NCBI GenBank assembly: GCA_000434175.1
Contig: HF999802.1
Location: 26,618 to 71,199, forward strand
Length of the DNA stretch: 44,582 bases
Direction: 5' to 3'
Origin: Mycoplasma sp. CAG:611
GTDB taxonomy: Bacteria; Bacillota_I; Bacilli_A; RF39; UBA660
Shown piece after piece: positions 23,889 to 34,439 of the stretch (the stretch's first letter is position 1; each line of letters starts with the position of its first letter). The notes beneath the pieces were generated by a model that was given only the letters and a program-made list of their open reading frames with translations, ran no database searches and was not told the DNA's origin. The position numbers were made by a program, and so were the translations under genes.

Positions 23889-26162
23889 ATGGCAAAAAGA
23901 AAAAAAAGAAATGTGAAAGAAAAAGATAATCATTTTTTAATACAATTATGGGGTGTTTTACTAATTCTTATTAGTATTTTAGGAATAGGAAAATATGGAC
24001 CAGCTGGTAGGATAATATCATCGTTTGCTCTTTTTTTAGTGGGAAATTTATATCTTCTTTTACTTGTTGCTATTTTATTCTTAGGAATTTATATGGTTGT
24101 TAAAGAAGAAAAATTTAATTTTTTCAGTGCTAAAATGATGGGAATATATTTAATGATTATTAGCGTTTTAGTATTTTTACATATAAGTTATTGTTTAGAA
24201 AATATTGATACATCAAAGATTATAAGTGAAACATATGAAAACTTACTTGTAGGTATTGATAAAATAATGGGAAATGAAATTAAAACAGGAGTATTTAATC
24301 CTGCTTTAGAAAATACAGGTGGTGGAATAATTGGTTCTTTATTTGCTACAGCTTTTTATAAATTATTTGAAAAAGATGGTGCTAATATTGTATGTTGGGT
24401 CTTTTTAATAACAGGATTTATGGTGTTTACAGGTATGTCTATTTTTGATATTGTAAGAAATACTAAAGATAAGGTAAAGGAAATACTACCTAAAAAAGAT
24501 AAAGCAAGTACTAAAGATAAGAAACATGAAAATAAATTTGATGAAACTAAATTAAAAATTAATACAAATGATGAAGAAGAAGAAGAAATACCTAAAAAGG
24601 TTGTTAAAAATATAAGTGAAATAACTAATATTAATGCAGAAAAGAAAATAGAGCCTGAAGTTAAAGAAGAAAAAGAAGTTATTGTTAATAAAAATTATAT
24701 TTTACCTTCTTTTGATTTATTAGATTCACCACAAAAAAATAAAAAAGCTATTGATAAAGTAGCAATTGCTAATAATTCTAAAAAGCTTGTTGAAACATTA
24801 AGAGATTTTGGAATAATTGGAGAAGTCGTAGCGGTAAATGTTGGACCTTCTGTTATTCAGTATGAACTTGAGTTGTCACAAGGAACTAAACTTTCTAAAC
24901 TTCTTGGAATAAACCGTGAAATAGCTTTAGCGCTTGCTAAGAAGGATGTTCGTATTCAAGCTCCAATTCCTGGCAAGAATACTGTTGGAATTGAAATGCC
25001 AAATGATAATGCCCAAACAGTTACACTTCGTGAAACACTTGAGGGTTTAAAAAGAGAAAATAAACTTAAGACAAAATTAACTGCAGGACTTGGTAAGGAC
25101 ATTATGGGTAATGTTCAAGCATGTTATATAAATAAAACCCCACATTTACTTGTTGCAGGGGCTACCGGTAGTGGTAAATCAGTATGTATTAACTGTATAA
25201 TTTTATCTATTCTAATGTTTACTAAACCAGATGAAGTAAAACTTATTTTAGTAGATCCTAAAAAAGTAGAACTTGGTGTTTATAATTGTGTACCACATCT
25301 TGTAACACCAGTTGTTACTGATCCTAAAAAAGCTAGTCAAGCATTGCAAAAGGCAGTTAGTGAAATGGATAGAAGATATGATTTATTTGAAGAAAGTAAA
25401 ACAAGAAATATTGAAGGTTATAATGAATATGTATTAAAATATAATAAAAATAAAAGTGAAGATGAAAAGCTTAAACCACTTCCTTATTGGGTTGTAATAG
25501 TAGATGAGCTAGCCGATCTTATGTTAGTTGCAGGAAAAGAAGTTGAACAATCTATTATGCGTATTACACAAATGGCTCGTGCGGCAGGAATTCATTTAAT
25601 TATTGCAACACAAAGACCATCAACAGATGTCATAACAGGTTTAATTAAAGCAAACATTCCGTCAAGACTATCTTTTGCAGTTTCATCAAGTATTGATTCA
25701 AGAACCATTCTTGACATGACTGGAGCAGAAAAGCTTTTAGGAAAAGGAGATATGTTATATCTTCCAATGGGAGACATTGTACCTCAAAGAATTCAAGGAG
25801 CATTTGTTAGTGATAGTGAAATTGAAAAAGTTGTAAATTATTGTATCAGTCAACAAAAAGCTCAATATGACCAAACATTCTTTAGTTCCTTTGAAGAAAA
25901 AGATGAAGAATTAAAATCATCCTCAGTTAGTGGTGATGTTGAAGAGTATGATGATCCGTTATACAATGAAATAGTAGAATTTGTAATAACTTCAGGTAAA
26001 GCAAGTGCATCACTTTTACAAAGAAAGTTTAGACTTGGTTATAATAGAGCTGCAAGATGCATTGATTTACTTGAAGAAAGAGGAATAATTGGACCACAAA
26101 ATGGTTCTAAACCAAGAGAAGTATTAGTAAAACTTGAAGATAATAATAATGATAATGAGTAG
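23889..26162 (+). CDS. ftsK: DNA translocase FtsK/SpoIIIE
   Basis: N-terminal TM helices, Walker A GATGSGKS, VIVDELADLM, and a gamma-domain wHTH LLQRKFRLGYNRAARCIDLLEERGIIG. Confidence 0.92.
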   Translation: MAKRKKRNVKEKDNHFLIQLWGVLLILISILGIGKYGPAGRIISSFALFLVGNLYLLLLVAILFLGIYMVVKEEKFNFFSAKMMGIYLMIISVLVFLHISYCLENIDTSKIISETYENLLVGIDKIMGNEIKTGVFNPALENTGGGIIGSLFATAFYKLFEKDGANIVCWVFLITGFMVFTGMSIFDIVRNTKDKVKEILPKKDKASTKDKKHENKFDETKLKINTNDEEEEEIPKKVVKNISEITNINAEKKIEPEVKEEKEVIVNKNYILPSFDLLDSPQKNKKAIDKVAIANNSKKLVETLRDFGIIGEVVAVNVGPSVIQYELELSQGTKLSKLLGINREIALALAKKDVRIQAPIPGKNTVGIEMPNDNAQTVTLRETLEGLKRENKLKTKLTAGLGKDIMGNVQACYINKTPHLLVAGATGSGKSVCINCIILSILMFTKPDEVKLILVDPKKVELGVYNCVPHLVTPVVTDPKKASQALQKAVSEMDRRYDLFEESKTRNIEGYNEYVLKYNKNKSEDEKLKPLPYWVVIVDELADLMLVAGKEVEQSIMRITQMARAAGIHLIIATQRPSTDVITGLIKANIPSRLSFAVSSSIDSRTILDMTGAEKLLGKGDMLYLPMGDIVPQRIQGAFVSDSEIEKVVNYCISQQKAQYDQTFFSSFEEKDEELKSSSVSGDVEEYDDPLYNEIVEFVITSGKASASLLQRKFRLGYNRAARCIDLLEERGIIGPQNGSKPREVLVKLEDNNNDNE

Positions 26163-26173
26163 GAGGATTATTT

Positions 26174-26875
26174 ATGAGTTTACATATAAAAACAGAATAT
26201 GATGATGATATAGCAAAATTAGTAATTATGCCAGGTGACCCTGTTCGTGTTAAATTTATCGCAGAAAACTATTTAGATGATTATAAATTAGTAAATAATG
26301 TTAGATTAAATTTAGCTTACACAGGATATTATAAAGGAGTTAAAGTAACGGTTATGTCTTCAGGTATGGGATGTCCAAGTATGGCAATTTATGCTAAAGA
26401 ATTATTTGACTATTATAATGTTGAAAAAATTATAAGGGTAGGTTCATGCGGAAGTTATTATGATGAAATAGATGTTAAAAGCGTAATTTTAGCAGAAAAA
26501 GCATATACTTTATCAAACTTTAGTTATCAATACGATGGAAATGAGCTTGATTTAATAAGTGCTTCATCATTCTTAAATCAAAAAATAATCGAAAATGCAT
26601 ATAAAGCAAATATCGAGTTAAGAATAGGTAATATTGAAACAACAGATGTTTTTTATAAAACAATTAATAATCCTGAAGTTAAAAAAAATTACTGTTTAGG
26701 TGTAGAAATGGAAACATTTGCTCTTTTCTATGTTGCAAGTTTATACAAAAAACAAGCAAGCAGTATTTTAACTGTATCAGATAATTTAGTTAATAATAAA
26801 AAATTAACTACCGAAGAAAGGGAAACAACATTTAATGAGGCAATAAGCCTTGCCCTTAATTCTATAATAGAATAA
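26174..26875 (+). CDS. deoD: Purine nucleoside phosphorylase, DeoD type
   Basis: MPGDPVR, SSGMGCPSMAIYAKEL, RVGSCGS and GVEMETFALF. Confidence 0.85.
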   Translation: MSLHIKTEYDDDIAKLVIMPGDPVRVKFIAENYLDDYKLVNNVRLNLAYTGYYKGVKVTVMSSGMGCPSMAIYAKELFDYYNVEKIIRVGSCGSYYDEIDVKSVILAEKAYTLSNFSYQYDGNELDLISASSFLNQKIIENAYKANIELRIGNIETTDVFYKTINNPEVKKNYCLGVEMETFALFYVASLYKKQASSILTVSDNLVNNKKLTTEERETTFNEAISLALNSIIE

Positions 26876-26916
26876 TAAAAGCTGTACATACTATTTAACA
26901 AGAGGAGAAAAGATTT

Positions 26917-28188
26917 ATGGAATATAAACAAATAGATAAAAGATCTTACAAACTTCATTTAATAAAAACAGATAAATTTAAAACCATTACAGTTAGATGT
27001 ATTTTTAAAGAAAAAATAAATAAAGAGGAAATAACGATTCGTAATTTCCTTTTTGAACTTTTATTAAGTTCTTGTAAAAAGTATCCATCTAAAAGAAATT
27101 TTAGTATAGCGAAACAAGAATTATACGATTTAAATCTTTATGGAAATAATACAAGAATAGGTAATACTTTTAGTACAGAAATATCAATTTCAATGTTAGA
27201 AAATAAATATATTAATGATGATATTACTATGAAAGGACTTGAATTTTTAAAAGAGGTAATTTTTAATCCTAACCTTGAAGATAATAAAGATTTTAGAAAT
27301 AATTTTAATATAACTAAAAATTATTTATTGTCTTATATAAAACAATGTTATGACTATCCAAAAAGTTATTCTTACATGAAGCTTAAAAATCTTATGGGAG
27401 AAGATTATTCTTTTTCCTATAATATGGATGGTAATATCAAAGATTTAGAAGAAATAACTTTAACAAGCTTACAAAAGTATTATGATAAATTTATTAAAAA
27501 TAGTTTAATAGATATATATGTAATAGGTAATATAAACTTTTATGAAATGGAAAATGCTATTTCTAAAACATTTAATTTTAAAAAAATTAAAAAAGATGAA
27601 TTATCATTTAAAATAAATTATATTCCAAAGAGTAAAAAACTTATAAAATATGAAGAAAGTAAGAATTTTAATCAAACAAGACTCTTAATAAGTTGTTATT
27701 TAAAAAAATTAACGGAAAAAGAAAGAAAATATGTTATGTTTTTATATAATATAATTCTAGGAGCAAGTCCTGATTCTTTTTTGTTTAAAAATGTAAGAGA
27801 AAGAAAGTCATTAACTTATGATATTTTATCTAATTATAGAAAAAGTGATAATTTTTTAGTTATATCAAGTGGGATTGATTATACAAAGTGTAATGAAGTG
27901 ATAAAAGGAATAAAAGAAGAAATGAATAATATAAGAAAAGGTAAGTTTAGTATAGAAAAACTAAATAATGCTAAAAGTCTTATGATTAGTTCATTAAAAG
28001 AATTTGATGAATACCCATCTTCTATTATTGATTATTATTTCAGTATGGAATACTTAGATTGTGATAATATAGAAACTGCAATTAAAGAAGTTTTAAGTGT
28101 TACAAAAAAAGATATAGTAAAGGTTAGTAAAAAAATAAATAGGGATGTTATTTATGTACTTAAGGAGACAAAAGATGAAAGAGATTAA
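26917..28188 (+). CDS. M16-family peptidase-like protein without the HxxEH zinc motif (non-catalytic partner)
   Basis: The M16 fold length and its pairing with the next gene fit. The expected HxxEH position reads NFLFELL. Confidence 0.65.
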   Translation: MEYKQIDKRSYKLHLIKTDKFKTITVRCIFKEKINKEEITIRNFLFELLLSSCKKYPSKRNFSIAKQELYDLNLYGNNTRIGNTFSTEISISMLENKYINDDITMKGLEFLKEVIFNPNLEDNKDFRNNFNITKNYLLSYIKQCYDYPKSYSYMKLKNLMGEDYSFSYNMDGNIKDLEEITLTSLQKYYDKFIKNSLIDIYVIGNINFYEMENAISKTFNFKKIKKDELSFKINYIPKSKKLIKYEESKNFNQTRLLISCYLKKLTEKERKYVMFLYNIILGASPDSFLFKNVRERKSLTYDILSNYRKSDNFLVISSGIDYTKCNEVIKGIKEEMNNIRKGKFSIEKLNNAKSLMISSLKEFDEYPSSIIDYYFSMEYLDCDNIETAIKEVLSVTKKDIVKVSKKINRDVIYVLKETKDERD

Positions 28189-29455
28189 TATAAATAATTT
28201 TGAAGAAAAACTATATTTTGATAAACTTGACAATGGTCTTTTAGTATATCTTGTGCCACTTAAAAACAAGAAAAATTTTTATGTATCATTTGGTACTAAA
28301 TATGGAAATTATAATTCTAAATTTAAAGTAAATAATAAAATATATGAAATGCCAAGTGGAATAGCACATTTTTTGGAACATAAGTTATTTGAAAAAGAAA
28401 AAGAAAATCCATTTGATTTTTATGCCAAAAGTGGAACTGATGTAAATGCTGGTACATCAATATTCTATACAAATTATTATTTTACTGGAAATAATAATTA
28501 TAATGAAAATTTAAAATATCTACTTAAGTTTGTTACTAATCTTGAAATAACAGAAAAAGATGTTGAAAAAGAAAAAGGAATTATTTTAGAAGAAGCAAGA
28601 ATGGTTAGTGATAATCCTAATAGATTACTTTATGATAAAACAAGAGAAAATGCTTTTTTTAAAGATCCATATAAATATAAAGTAATTGGGGAAAAGAAAG
28701 AAATAAAAAGTATAACTAAAAAAGATTTAGAAATATGTTTTAATGCTTTTTATAGACCTGATAATATGTTTATTATAGCAGTAGGTAATATCAATAAAGA
28801 TGAAACAATAAAAATAATAAAAGAAGAGCTAAAAGATTTTAAAAATGATAATAAAAAAATAGAAAAATTATATTATGAAGAAGATGATGAAGTATTTATT
28901 CCTTATGAGAAAATAAAATTAAAGACAGAAACAACAAGGTTAAGTTTAAATTATAAAGTAAATAAAAATATTTTAGGCATGGATGAGTATAAAAGAGAAA
29001 TATATTTAGGAATGATGCTAACATTAGTTTTAGGATCAACTTCTTTAGCAAAAGAAAAATTACAAGAAAAAAATTTATGTACAGAAATAAGTACTAATTT
29101 ATTAAGTAGCCATAGTCATTATTTAATTGGTGTTACTGCTGTTACAGAAAATCAAGATAAATTAATAAATGAATTAAGAAGAATTTTTAAAAATATAAAA
29201 ATTTCTAAAAAAGATTTTGAAAGAATAAAAAAAGTATGGGTTGCTAATGAAATTAAATCTATTGATAATATAAGTGCAACCAGTAGTGATATATTAACAG
29301 ATTTAATTGATTTAGGAGAGTATAAAAATAATAAAATAAAAGATATTCAAAATCTTTCATATGAAGAACTTATTAATTTAATTAAGAAGATTGATTTTGA
29401 AAATTTAGAAAAAACTAATAAACTTGAAATTGTTGTAATATCTAAGAAAAATTAG
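28175..29455 (+). CDS. M16-family zinc peptidase
   Basis: GIAHFLEHKLFE carries the HxxEH motif. I chose the ATG at 28175 behind AAGGAGA, which overlaps the upstream gene by 14 nt. Confidence 0.8.
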   Translation: MKEININNFEEKLYFDKLDNGLLVYLVPLKNKKNFYVSFGTKYGNYNSKFKVNNKIYEMPSGIAHFLEHKLFEKEKENPFDFYAKSGTDVNAGTSIFYTNYYFTGNNNYNENLKYLLKFVTNLEITEKDVEKEKGIILEEARMVSDNPNRLLYDKTRENAFFKDPYKYKVIGEKKEIKSITKKDLEICFNAFYRPDNMFIIAVGNINKDETIKIIKEELKDFKNDNKKIEKLYYEEDDEVFIPYEKIKLKTETTRLSLNYKVNKNILGMDEYKREIYLGMMLTLVLGSTSLAKEKLQEKNLCTEISTNLLSSHSHYLIGVTAVTENQDKLINELRRIFKNIKISKKDFERIKKVWVANEIKSIDNISATSSDILTDLIDLGEYKNNKIKDIQNLSYEELINLIKKIDFENLEKTNKLEIVVISKKN

Positions 29456-29564
29456 TAATAATTGTTACTTTACTAAACTATACTATATTAGACAAAAAAA
29501 TATTGCAAAATTTTGTAATATTTGTTAAGATTAAAATGTAAAGATAAGAAGGGAACGATTACAT

Positions 29565-30245
29565 ATGGATATAAAAATGTTTTTTGAATTTCCAGGTGTA
29601 TTAATCACAATAGGTGTGTTTTTACTTGTTGTTTCTATTGTAATAGGAATAATTGCATATAAAAATCCTGTTGATGATATTGAAGAAATCGAAGATATTA
29701 AAAGTAAATTAAAAGGTAAAGATGAACATCATGAGGAAAAAGAATATACAAGTGAAGAAGATTTCTTGGATAAAGAAGTTGTTGAAGATAATAAGATAGA
29801 TGATGAAACAAAACTTGAGCCAACTGTTGAAGTTGAAGAAAATGATATTCCTTTAGAAGAAAATAAAGAAGATATAGAACAAGTAAGTGAAGAAAATTTA
29901 AGTAAAACAGAAGTTTTAGATACAAGTTTGTTTGTAGAAAATAAAGAAGAACCATTACAAGAAAACTTGGAAAAAACAGAAAATTTAGATGATGTAAAGG
30001 ATGAAATAATGTCATTATTAAGTGATATAGATAATAAAGAAGTAGAAGAAACAAAAAAAGAAGAACTACCAAAAACAATTTATGGTGGAGCAAATCCTAG
30101 TGCAAATATAAAGCTTGATAATGAATTTAAGGAAAAACTTCCTTATGAAGAAAAAACAATTGATTTAGAAAAAACAGAAGATTTAATTAACACGTTAAAT
30201 AAGGAAACAGTAAAAAATGAAGAAGAAGATATAGAAATTTTATAG
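29565..30245 (+). CDS. Membrane-anchored, highly acidic (Glu-rich) protein
   Basis: N-terminal TM VLITIGVFLLVVSIVIGIIAY followed by a low-complexity E/K/D-rich tail. Confidence 0.5.
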   Translation: MDIKMFFEFPGVLITIGVFLLVVSIVIGIIAYKNPVDDIEEIEDIKSKLKGKDEHHEEKEYTSEEDFLDKEVVEDNKIDDETKLEPTVEVEENDIPLEENKEDIEQVSEENLSKTEVLDTSLFVENKEEPLQENLEKTENLDDVKDEIMSLLSDIDNKEVEETKKEELPKTIYGGANPSANIKLDNEFKEKLPYEEKTIDLEKTEDLINTLNKETVKNEEEDIEIL

Positions 30246-30314
30246 CTTCTTTTTTGTTATAAAAACAATTTAACTTACATATATTTAAGTGTATAAAGAA
30301 AGGATGATAAAAAT

Positions 30315-30575
30315 ATGGATACACTTAAAGTGTCAAGTAAATCTAACCCAAATTCAGTTGCAGGAGCATTAACTAATGTTTTTAGAGATAAAGGAAAAGT
30401 AGAAATACAAGCAATTGGAGCAGGAGCACTTAATCAAGCAATTAAAGGAGTAGCAATAGCAAGAGGATTTGTTGCCCCAAGTGGTAAAAATTTAGTATGT
30501 ATTCCTGCTTTTACTGATATAAGTATAGATGGGGAAGAACGAACAGCGATAAAATTAATTGTAGAAGCAAAGTAA
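30315..30575 (+). CDS. spoVS: Stage V sporulation protein S
   Basis: An 86-aa protein reading LKVSSKSNPNSVAGAL...IQAIGAGALNQAIKGVAIARGF...IPAFT, typical of SpoVS. Confidence 0.88.
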   Translation: MDTLKVSSKSNPNSVAGALTNVFRDKGKVEIQAIGAGALNQAIKGVAIARGFVAPSGKNLVCIPAFTDISIDGEERTAIKLIVEAK

Positions 30576-30590
30576 AGATTGCTTCTTTTT
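30564..30590 (+). terminator. Terminator after spoVS
   Basis: Stem gaagcaa/ttgcttc followed by TTTTT. Confidence 0.55.
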
Positions 30591-30686
30591 ACATGTTAGT
30601 TTTACATGTTAATTTTAAAAAGCCTTGCCTTTATTTAGATTTATGGGTATAATTAAATCAATACATAAAGAAAGGAAGATTTATTT

Positions 30687-32198
30687 ATGATTGATGCAAT
30701 CAATAATGCAAATGATTTTTTAAATAACATTTTATTTGGTGTTCCAATGATTATCTTTATTCTTGGTACAGGATTATATCTTACAATTAGATTAGGATTT
30801 ATTCAAATAACTAAGATAAAAGATATATGGAATAACACAATAAAAAAGATGTTTAAAAAATCTAAAGGGAAAGGACTTATAAGTTCAGGAGAAGCTGCAC
30901 TTATTTCTTTAGGAGAAATTGTAGGCTCTGGTAATATTGCAGGAGTAGCTACTGCTATAGCAGCTGGAGGACCTGGGGCAATATTCTGGATGTGGGTTGC
31001 GGCATTCTTTGGAATGGCTACTAAATTTGCTGAAATTACACTTGGTATTGTTTATAGAAAAGTGTTTACTAAAGATGGCAATGTTAAAGGTGGTCCAATG
31101 TACTATTTAAGAGATGGAGTTAGAAGTAAATTTTTAGCTGGTTTCTACGCAGTAATGTCTATATTATCATATATAGTAATCGTAGCAATGGTTGATACAA
31201 ATACAATTGTTTCAACAGTAACAACTAAATTTAACATTCCAGATTATGTACTTGGTATTGTTTTAGTAATAATTGTTGGAGTTATAATATTTGGTGGTAT
31301 TAAACGTCTTGGTAAGTTTAGTAAAAACTTTGTTCCTATTATGGGAATATTCTATATAATTTCAGGATTAGTTGTAATATTTAGTAATCTTGAATTAGTA
31401 GGACCTGCATTTTCTACAATTATAAAAGCAGCATTTACGCCTCAAGCAGCAGCTGGAGGATTTGCGGGAGCAAGTATCGCACAAATAATTAGATATGGAT
31501 TTGCTCGTGGTATTTATTCTAATGAAGCAGGACTTGGAACTGCAGCTTTTGCGCATAGTGCGGCAGAAACAGATCATCCAACAAGACAAGCTTTATGGGG
31601 ACCAACAGAAATATTTATAGATACAATTATCGTAAATACAATTACAGGTCTAGTAGTAGTTATGTCTGGACTTTGGACTAGTGGAGCAGATGGCTCACCT
31701 CTTGTAATGGCAGCATTTGATAAAGTTTTACCGGGTGGTGTAGGAAGTATAATGATATTTATCGCTTCAATTTGTTTCTCATTTACATGTTTAACATCTG
31801 CAAGTTATGTTTGTCAAGAATCTGCAGAATACTTATTTGGAACAAAAAGTCAAAAAGTTATTAATGCTTTATGGTTAGTATTTATCTTTATTGGTTCTGT
31901 TACTTCTTTAGAATTTGTTTGGAATTTAGCAGATACTGTTAATGGACTTTTATTGATACCAAATTTACTTGGACTTTTAATTTTAAGCAATGTTGTTGTT
32001 AAGAAAAAGAAAGAATTCTTTAAAGAAACAAGAAAAAGAAAAATTTCTGATTTATCTACTGAAGCATTGTTAATTGATTTATTAACAAAAAATGATATTT
32101 CAATGGAAGAAGCTATAGATAAATTAAATAAAGATTTAGATATTGATAAAGAAGAAATAAAAAATGCCAGTGTAAATGTTAAAAAAATAATAGGGTAA
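30687..32198 (+). CDS. Alanine/glycine:cation symporter (AGCS family)
   Basis: GNIAGVATAIAAGGPGAIFWMWVAAFFGMATKFAE and GIYSNEAGLGTAA, with multiple TM helices. A soluble C-terminal tail of about 60 aa is unusual. Confidence 0.85.
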   Translation: MIDAINNANDFLNNILFGVPMIIFILGTGLYLTIRLGFIQITKIKDIWNNTIKKMFKKSKGKGLISSGEAALISLGEIVGSGNIAGVATAIAAGGPGAIFWMWVAAFFGMATKFAEITLGIVYRKVFTKDGNVKGGPMYYLRDGVRSKFLAGFYAVMSILSYIVIVAMVDTNTIVSTVTTKFNIPDYVLGIVLVIIVGVIIFGGIKRLGKFSKNFVPIMGIFYIISGLVVIFSNLELVGPAFSTIIKAAFTPQAAAGGFAGASIAQIIRYGFARGIYSNEAGLGTAAFAHSAAETDHPTRQALWGPTEIFIDTIIVNTITGLVVVMSGLWTSGADGSPLVMAAFDKVLPGGVGSIMIFIASICFSFTCLTSASYVCQESAEYLFGTKSQKVINALWLVFIFIGSVTSLEFVWNLADTVNGLLLIPNLLGLLILSNVVVKKKKEFFKETRKRKISDLSTEALLIDLLTKNDISMEEAIDKLNKDLDIDKEEIKNASVNVKKIIG

Positions 32199-32333
32199 CC
32201 TGTTATTTTTTAATGTTTACTTTCTTTTTGTAAAATAATTAACCTTTTTTTTCTTACGTGTGTAAAATTTCTTGTTAAATTATGATAACTTTGTTATACT
32301 ATTAATGAATAAATATGAGAGAAGGAAAATTTT

Positions 32334-33497
32334 ATGAAAGTTAATGTTGGAGTAATTTTTGGGGGAAAAAGTGTAGAACATGAAATAAGTATAATTTCTG
32401 CAGTTGAAGCAATGGGCTATATGGATACTAATAAATATAATGTTATTCCTATATATATAGATAAAGAAGGAACATGGTATACAGGAGATCATTTTAAAGA
32501 TATTCTTAATTATCGTGATATGGATGTTGTTAAAAGGTATGCTAAAAAGGTATGTTTAATAAGAAGAGGAAAAAGTTGTATTTTACAATCTCTTGGTTTT
32601 ACAAGAAGAACGCTTAATGTAATAGATATTGTTTTTCCTATAGGTCATGGACTTTATATGGAAGATGGTAGTTTACAAGGGTATTTAGATATGCTTGGAG
32701 TTCCTTATGTAGGAAGTGGTGTAGTTGCCAGTGCGATAGGACAAGACAAAGTTTTTATGAAACAAATACTCAAAGCTAATGATATTCCTACGACTAATTA
32801 TGTTTGGTTTACATCAAAAGAATTTATTTCTTCAAAGAAAAAAGTTTTAGAAAAAATAAATACTTTAAATTATCCAATGTATGTAAAACCTGCTTCATTA
32901 GGTTCAAGTATTGGAATAACAAGAGCAACAACAGAACATGAATTAATCGCTGGTATAAAAGAAGCAATTAGATTTGATAATAAAATAATAATCGAAGAAG
33001 AAATAAAACATGTAAAAGAAGTAAATATAAGTGTTTTAGGAACATATGAAGATGTTGAAACTTCTGAAATTGAAGAAATTAATGTAACTGATGAATTTTT
33101 TACTTTTAAAGAAAAATATGTAGAAAATTATTCTAAAACAATTAAAAAAGGAAGAAAAGCTAATCCTTTATTATCTAAAGAAATGATGGAAGATTTAAAA
33201 ATGTATGCAATAAATACATTTAAAGCTATAAATGCAAGAGGAGTCGCTAGAATAGATTTTTTAATTGATGATAAATCAAAAAAAATATATGTTAGTGAAA
33301 TTAATACAATGCCAGGAAGTTTATCACTTTATTTATGGCTTCCTAAAAAGAAAAGTCAAACAGAGTTAATAAATGATCTTATAAAAATAGCAATTGAAGA
33401 ATATAAAAGTAAAAATAATTTAATCTTAGCATTTGAAAATAATTTATTAGATAAGTTTGATATATTAAATGGTAAGAAAACAAATAAAAGCAGATAA
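32334..33497 (+). CDS. ddl: D-alanine--D-alanine ligase
   Basis: VGVIFGGKSVEHEISIISA, an ATP-grasp core (YVKPASLGSSIGI) and EINTMPG. Confidence 0.88.
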   Translation: MKVNVGVIFGGKSVEHEISIISAVEAMGYMDTNKYNVIPIYIDKEGTWYTGDHFKDILNYRDMDVVKRYAKKVCLIRRGKSCILQSLGFTRRTLNVIDIVFPIGHGLYMEDGSLQGYLDMLGVPYVGSGVVASAIGQDKVFMKQILKANDIPTTNYVWFTSKEFISSKKKVLEKINTLNYPMYVKPASLGSSIGITRATTEHELIAGIKEAIRFDNKIIIEEEIKHVKEVNISVLGTYEDVETSEIEEINVTDEFFTFKEKYVENYSKTIKKGRKANPLLSKEMMEDLKMYAINTFKAINARGVARIDFLIDDKSKKIYVSEINTMPGSLSLYLWLPKKKSQTELINDLIKIAIEEYKSKNNLILAFENNLLDKFDILNGKKTNKSR

Positions 33498-33510
33498 CTA
33501 TCTGCTTTTA
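33487..33510. terminator. Shared bidirectional hairpin at the abutting ends of ddl and the sigma gene
   Basis: aaaagcagata-ac-tatctgctttt is palindromic. The stop codons of the two convergent genes are adjacent (33497/33498). Confidence 0.45.
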
Positions 33511-34343
33511 TTAATGTTTTTTTCTAATCTTTCATAATCATATTTCAATTTATAAAGAGCATTATTTAGTATTTTACTAATTCTTTGTTTTGTAAGATTG
33601 TATTTTTCTCCAATTTCTTTTAAAGTTAAATTATCTTTAAAATATAATTTAATAATATCTAATTCCTTTTCATTTAATAAAGATAATTTACTTTTAACTA
33701 TTTCATATTCTAATTTTTTAATAACTTGTTCACAAGGGTCTATCGCATCTTCATAAGTTATATAATCTATATAATCTTCTTCTATATCATCACTTATTCT
33801 TATATTTAAAGATAATATATTTAAAAGAAAAAGTTTATAATTTTTAACGGTACTAATACTAATATTTAATATATTAGCAAGTTCTTGGTCGTTTAAATTA
33901 GGGTTGGTATTAATAATACTTTTTAATTTATTTATTCTTTGCATTGTATGAATATTTATATTAAATCCTTTACTATTTTCTAAAACATATTTAGTAAGTT
34001 GCTGTTTAATAATTATTCCGGCATAACTTGAAAATTTAACATCTTTTTCTGGATTAAAAGATTTAACAGCATTTATTAAGGCTAAATTTCCTTCATTTAT
34101 TAAATCAAATATATTAATAACAGAAGTTGTACTTCCAATAAAAGTTTTTGCAATAGTAACAGATAGCCCTAAATTGTGATTAATTAGTTTTTTAAAAGCA
34201 TTTTTATCTCCTTTTTGATATTTATTAAAAAGGTTTATTTGTTCTTCTTTTTTTAATACTTCAAATTGTTTTATATAATTTAAATAATCTTGTAACTCTT
34301 TATTATTTATATATTCGTAATTCCATTTTGTTATTTCTTTCAT
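33498..34343 (-). CDS. Sigma-70 family sigma factor with regions 2, 3 and 4
   Basis: NLGLSVTIAKTF, EGNLALINAVKSFNPEKDVKFSSYAGIIIKQQL and the region 4 HTH LTLKEIGEKYNLTKQRISKILNNAL. Confidence 0.75.
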   Translation of the reverse strand: MKEITKWNYEYINNKELQDYLNYIKQFEVLKKEEQINLFNKYQKGDKNAFKKLINHNLGLSVTIAKTFIGSTTSVINIFDLINEGNLALINAVKSFNPEKDVKFSSYAGIIIKQQLTKYVLENSKGFNINIHTMQRINKLKSIINTNPNLNDQELANILNISISTVKNYKLFLLNILSLNIRISDDIEEDYIDYITYEDAIDPCEQVIKKLEYEIVKSKLSLLNEKELDIIKLYFKDNLTLKEIGEKYNLTKQRISKILNNALYKLKYDYERLEKNINKSR

Positions 34344-34439
34344 ATAAATATTCCTTCTTACTTTTATATTATTATAAAATCTCTTTCTTAAAAAGTTCTT
34401 ATATTATAACATGTAAGAATAAAAAAAGAAAGTTTTTTA

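Noticed and set aside
29698-30093. A 131-aa Leu-rich minus-strand ORF.
   Set aside because: It is the reverse complement of the GAA/AAA-rich acidic protein gene, a classic low-complexity shadow ORF.
32280-32492. A 70-aa minus-strand ORF overlapping the ddl start.
   Set aside because: It is antisense to the ddl promoter and N-terminus and shows no translation signals.
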